Assembly: GCA_054600435.1 (NCBI GenBank)
Contig: BAAIJX010000002.1
Coordinates: 372,001-436,000, forward strand
Direction: 5' to 3'
DNA: 64,000 bases
Source of the DNA: Neophaeotheca triangularis
Lineage: Eukaryota
Made by a program: the position numbers and the translations under genes. Below are positions 60,101 to 64,000 of the stretch, piece after piece (positions within the stretch are counted from its first letter, which is position 1; every line of letters starts with the position of its first letter). The notes below the pieces were generated by a model. It saw nothing but the letters and a program-made list of their open reading frames with translations, had not been told where the DNA came from and ran no database searches.

Positions 60101-61060
60101 CGAAAATATCGAACTTCCGCTCGAACGTGGTAGCCGCAAGATCGACTCCCTTCCACTCGAAGACGCTTTGCTAGAGCAGGAGGAGGACCAGACCATAATG
60201 GACATTGACGGACAAGAAGTGAACACGCGCGCGCCCGCAGTCAATGACTTCGGCATCGCAATCGACTTCTCCGACCTCGACGACGATCTCCAAGAGGATG
60301 GATCCGACGAGATAGAGGCCCAACTGACCGAGAAGATCAATAGCATCAACACCTCTCTCGAGAAAATGGCCCCTAATATGCGCTCCGCCGACCGTCTCGA
60401 AGCGACGTCGGAGAAACTGCAAGAAACCGAACGCGCCTTCAACGACTCCCGATCAGCAGCCAAGAAAGCAACCAAAGCCTTCGAAACAGTGAAGCAAAAA
60501 CGCATGGACGCCTTCAACGCCGCTTTCACCCATATTTCGCAGCATCTATCGCCCATCTACCGCGACCTAACGCGCTCGACATCCTTCCCTCTAGGTGGCC
60601 AAGCTTACCTTGATGCCGAGGAGCTGGATGAACCCTACCTCCACGGTATCAAGTACGCAGCCATGCCACCGCTCAAGCGCTTCAGAGACATGGAGCACCT
60701 TTCCGGCGGCGAGAAGACTATGGCGGCGCTGGCGTTGCTGTTCGCGATCCACAGTTTCGCCCCCAGCCCGTTCTTCGTATTGGATGAAGTTGATGCCGCT
60801 CTCGACAATGTCAACACCGGGCGTTTGATGGCTTACGTGAAAGAGCATTGTGGGCCTGGCATGCAGTTTGTGGTCATTTCGCTCAAAAGTGGCTTTTTCG
60901 AGGGTAGTGAGACGTTGGTGGGTGTGCTGAGGGATCAGTCTGCTAATTCTTCGAGGGCGCTGACGCTTGATGTGAGTTTCTTCCTTCTTATCGTGCCTCT
61001 CTTCATTGGTCTCGTTGCTGACTTGGTTTACAACAGTTGCGGAAATATCAAGCTGTCTAG
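57189..61060 (+). CDS. SMC1: Cohesin subunit Smc1
   Basis: MGKLLALELFNFKSY, Walker A GPNGSGKSN, hinge KAVTLDGTVIHKGGNMTGG, signature LSGGEK, Walker B FFVLDEVDAALD. A terminal intron at 60972-61036 gives ...LTLDLRKYQAV*. Confidence 0.96.
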
Positions 61061-61432
61061 CACAGGGAGGGTTGCGTCTCGATAGAAAGGATCTCAGCGA
61101 CGCCATGGAGTTTGCGCCCGATTTAATGTACCGACAAGACAGGCGCTAGAGGCGTTTTGCTTTTGTCATTCAAAATTGCTGCAGACTCATCAGCGTCGCT
61201 TTTGTCATTGAAGTATAGCTCGTCCCTCGATGCAGTATGAACGTTTTGTTGATTGCATATAATCTTCTCACCGGTTGGTTCTCTAGGCACACTGCCTTGG
61301 TAATATTCCTCGTCTAAACGTAAAGCATTCGTCAGGGTATCAATCCGCACCACCATAGTTCCGCCATCCCGAACTCCAGTCCAAACTCCATGACCCATGT
61401 CAGATCTCCCCACCGCCTCCGTTCCCTTGCCA

Positions 61433-62245
61433 TCACCTCTCAACAGCCATAGCATCCTCGACCGCCAACACCTCCGCCCTGAGACTCTCGACACCCTCGT
61501 CCTCGAGCAGCTTAGCAGCAGCCTGCACCCCATCGACCTTGGTCTCCAACCCCCTGACCAGCGCCTCAATCTCCTTCCTCTGTTCCAGCACACGCTCGAG
61601 CCTCGCCTTGTTCTCCGCCTGAACTGCCTCCTGCTTCGTCTGCAACTGTTTCGAGTGCTCCGCCAAAAAAGGCGCAAGGTGCGCGGCATAGAGCTGGTTG
61701 GGCGGGAGGGTATGCGGCCTACAAGCCTCAAAAAACGTCAGCCACGAAAACACCTCGACAACTTCACCAAACCCCATCTAAAGACACAGGGAAACCCCCG
61801 AAAACCAGAAAAAACAACCCAAGACGACGAAAGAGAGCGAGAGAGAGAGAAAAACTCACGCCACAACCCGCTCTTCCCCCTTTCCCCCAGCCGCCCCCTC
61901 CTTCCGCCTCCTCCCCTCCTCCACCAACCCATCCAGCTCATTCAACCTTTCCACAACCCCGCGCTCTTTCAAAATGCCCTCGAAATGCCCCCGCATGCTC
62001 TCGCCAAGGCGCTCCACAAACTGCGCGTGCAAGTTCTTAATGGCGGCCGGTACTTCGCGCGCGGGCGTGGGGAAACAATTGGCGAAGTTGTTGTAGTTGC
62101 AGCGCGCGAGGATGTGTGTGACGGCTTCGTTGTAGAGGGTTATGAGGGTGTGGGCGCGCGGGCCGGGGGCGGAGGCTGTGGGGGGTGGGGGTGAGGGAGA
62201 GGCGGCGCCGTTGGTGGGGTCTGTTGCCATGGTGTCTGTTGCCAT
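61433..62245 (-). CDS. NNF1: MIND/Mis12 kinetochore subunit Nnf1
   Basis: Intron 61719-61859 (GTGAGT...TAG). Motifs: PGPRA, NFANCFPTPA, FEGILKERGVVERLNELDGLVEEGRRRK, PHTLPP..LYAAHLAP. Confidence 0.88.
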
Positions 62246-62617
62246 TGTGGTTGATAGGAGTGGTGGTTTTCCGTTTTGGCAAATAAGTGAGTGACGGCGG
62301 TGGTTGTTGATGGGAAGCGCGCATGTTGTGTTGTTACCTGATTGGGACGGGTGCCGAGGTGGGCTTAGTGAGATAAGATTAGGGTTGGTGTTTGTGTTGA
62401 AATCAATCTTCGCGGGTACTTCTAAGAGGGTTGAACGTCTACAATGGGATGTGATGAAACTCATCTGGGTATTGATTCAATGGCTATTAAATAAAAAGGT
62501 CCAAGGTCGTGCCAAGTACTAAACTCCAAGTAGCGCCCTTTGCTTGCCCGCGTTAAAACACAACCCAGCATCTTTACTCCGTACTTAATCAACGACATAC
62601 GAAACCTTCTCCACCAC

Positions 62618-64000
62618 CTACAATGAAGTGCCATTGTTGATGTAGACCAAGATCTTGCCAGAGCCACCGCAAGCCTCAGTCTTGTTACCATTGCAAGGGA
62701 AACTGCAGCCCGCATCGAGAGGGTTGGGGCCATCAGCAATGGACTTGGTAGGAGCAGAGTTGGAACCCCAGCATTCAGAGTAGTACTCAGTCCCGCAGTA
62801 GGTGAGACCCCTAGCCCTGCAGGCATCCATGCAGTTGGCGGTGGTGGCGTTGGCCGAGCCGCCAAAAGCCTCCAAGGAGACCAAGCTGCCAAGAGCGCGA
62901 GGCCCGCCGTTGTCCATGTAGCAAGCCATCATGTTCCAGGTGTCGTACTTGTCGCGAGCAACGAAGCTGTTCGTGAAGGCGTCGTTCACCACAACCGAGA
63001 GGCGGTTGCCTGCTCCGCACTTTTGGGTGTTGTCGCCGGGGCAGCGCATGGAGCAGTCGCTTGCGGTGACTTTCTCTGTCGAAGGAGCGTTCTTGCCACA
63101 CCAGCATTCTTGGCCGTACTCCGTTCCGCTGTACTTGTAGCCTCTCTCCTGGCATGTCTTTGCGCATTCGCTGGGGGTCTGAGACGATGTCGAGCCGGCG
63201 CCAAATGGAAGCGCGCGAGATCCGGCGGCTTCTTTGTAGCAGCCCACCGAAGAGTAACCCGTGGGGAGGGTGGGAGCTGTGGTAGTGCTGGTGGTGGATG
63301 AAGAGCTGCTGGTAGAGAGGGAGCTCGCTGTGGAGGTGGTGATCGTCAGGGCGCTGCTGGTCATGCCGCTCGTGGTCGAGGAAGATGATGCCACGGAAGA
63401 GGTGCTTGAGGAGCTTGCTGTCGAGCTGGCAGGCGTAGTAGCTGCCTCCGACGATGAACTGCTCGAGGGGATAATTGGAACAGCGGTGGAAGACGACAGG
63501 GACTCGCTAGTAGACGAGCTAGAAGAACTCTGTGTCGACAAGGTGGTCACTGAGCTGACACTTGTGGCTGCCACCGAACTGCTGGAAATGGCAACCGTGG
63601 AAGAAGGCGATGACGCTGTCGCGGATGAGCTTGACGAGGTCTGAATTGACGAGGTGGTAGACGTAGTAGCGGCGGCCGACGACGAGCTGGAAGTGCCAGT
63701 CGAGAGGGTGGTAGAAGAAGAGGACCCGCTGGTGGACGAAGGGGTAGAAGTTTCCAACTTGGCGCCCCAGATTCCTGGAGCATTCAAAGCAGGTCCAAGG
63801 ACTGACTTCATGTAGCATGCATTTCCGGAAAGACTGACGTCGACACAACCGGAGCGGGAAGCGCACTCGTCGATGCATTGTTTGAGGGAAGAAACTCCCA
63901 CGGATGCCATGTCGCCTCCTTGGTGGTCGGTGTCGCATTCGATGCGGAATTTCTGGCCGTCGGGGGCGGTGTAGATCGATTTGTCAGAGTTGGGACAGGT
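62618..64000 (-). CDS. Secreted/cell-wall protein with an apple/PAN-like Cys module, a Ser/Thr linker and two WSC domains (5' end beyond the window)
   Basis: The frame is open to the right edge (CPNSDKSIYTAPDGQKFRIECDTDHQGGDM...CIDECASRSGCVDVSLSGNACYMK). WSC motifs: GCYKE...YSGTEYGQECWCG...CPGDNTQKCGAG and CGTEYYSECWG...CNGNKTEACGG. Confidence 0.85.
   Translation of the reverse strand, partial: TCPNSDKSIYTAPDGQKFRIECDTDHQGGDMASVGVSSLKQCIDECASRSGCVDVSLSGNACYMKSVLGPALNAPGIWGAKLETSTPSSTSGSSSSTTLSTGTSSSSSAAATTSTTSSIQTSSSSSATASSPSSTVAISSSSVAATSVSSVTTLSTQSSSSSSTSESLSSSTAVPIIPSSSSSSEAATTPASSTASSSSTSSVASSSSTTSGMTSSALTITTSTASSLSTSSSSSTTSTTTAPTLPTGYSSVGCYKEAAGSRALPFGAGSTSSQTPSECAKTCQERGYKYSGTEYGQECWCGKNAPSTEKVTASDCSMRCPGDNTQKCGAGNRLSVVVNDAFTNSFVARDKYDTWNMMACYMDNGGPRALGSLVSLEAFGGSANATTANCMDACRARGLTYCGTEYYSECWGSNSAPTKSIADGPNPLDAGCSFPCNGNKTEACGGSGKILVYINNGTSL

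Noticed and set aside
60972..61085. SMC1 with a hydrophobic C-terminal tail (VSFFLLIVPLFIGLV...) as in the ORF track
   Set aside because: The tail is a canonical intron (GTGAGT...GCTGAC...CAG). Splicing restores the typical LDLRKY end.

Overview
Eukaryotic, intron-containing DNA from a filamentous ascomycete. The GT-AG introns have CTRAC branch sites, and the gene repertoire suggests a Dothideomycete (inference). About 18 protein-coding genes plus one probable pseudogene can be supported. Most are housekeeping: a Yta7/ATAD2 AAA ATPase (truncated at the left edge), the mitochondrial Asp/Glu carrier AGC1, NuA3 subunit NTO1, a cystinosin-like PQ-loop transporter, PHAF1/UPF0183, kinesin-5 BimC, squalene synthase ERG9, a GH3 beta-xylosidase, GPC1, cohesin SMC1, kinetochore NNF1, and a WSC-domain secreted protein (truncated at the right edge). 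Two less ordinary blocks are embedded among them. (i) A P450 with a non-canonical I-helix and a ~110-aa C-terminal insertion lies next to a secreted di-copper tyrosinase-like gene (14.3-19.1 kb). (ii) Three sensory genes lie in a row: a LOV-domain blue-light photoreceptor, a GAF hybrid histidine kinase and a PTH11-like receptor (26.8-36.2 kb), followed by an esterase and a disrupted membrane-protein gene. Non-coding features include a 178-bp degenerate tandem duplication (4.9-5.2 kb), a 16-bp-periodic GTGACGTGA triplet upstream of YTA7, and MCB/SCB-like motifs upstream of SMC1. No tRNA, rRNA, CRISPR array or intact transposon was seen. Splice sites were read by eye, and any functional link between neighbouring genes is inference.
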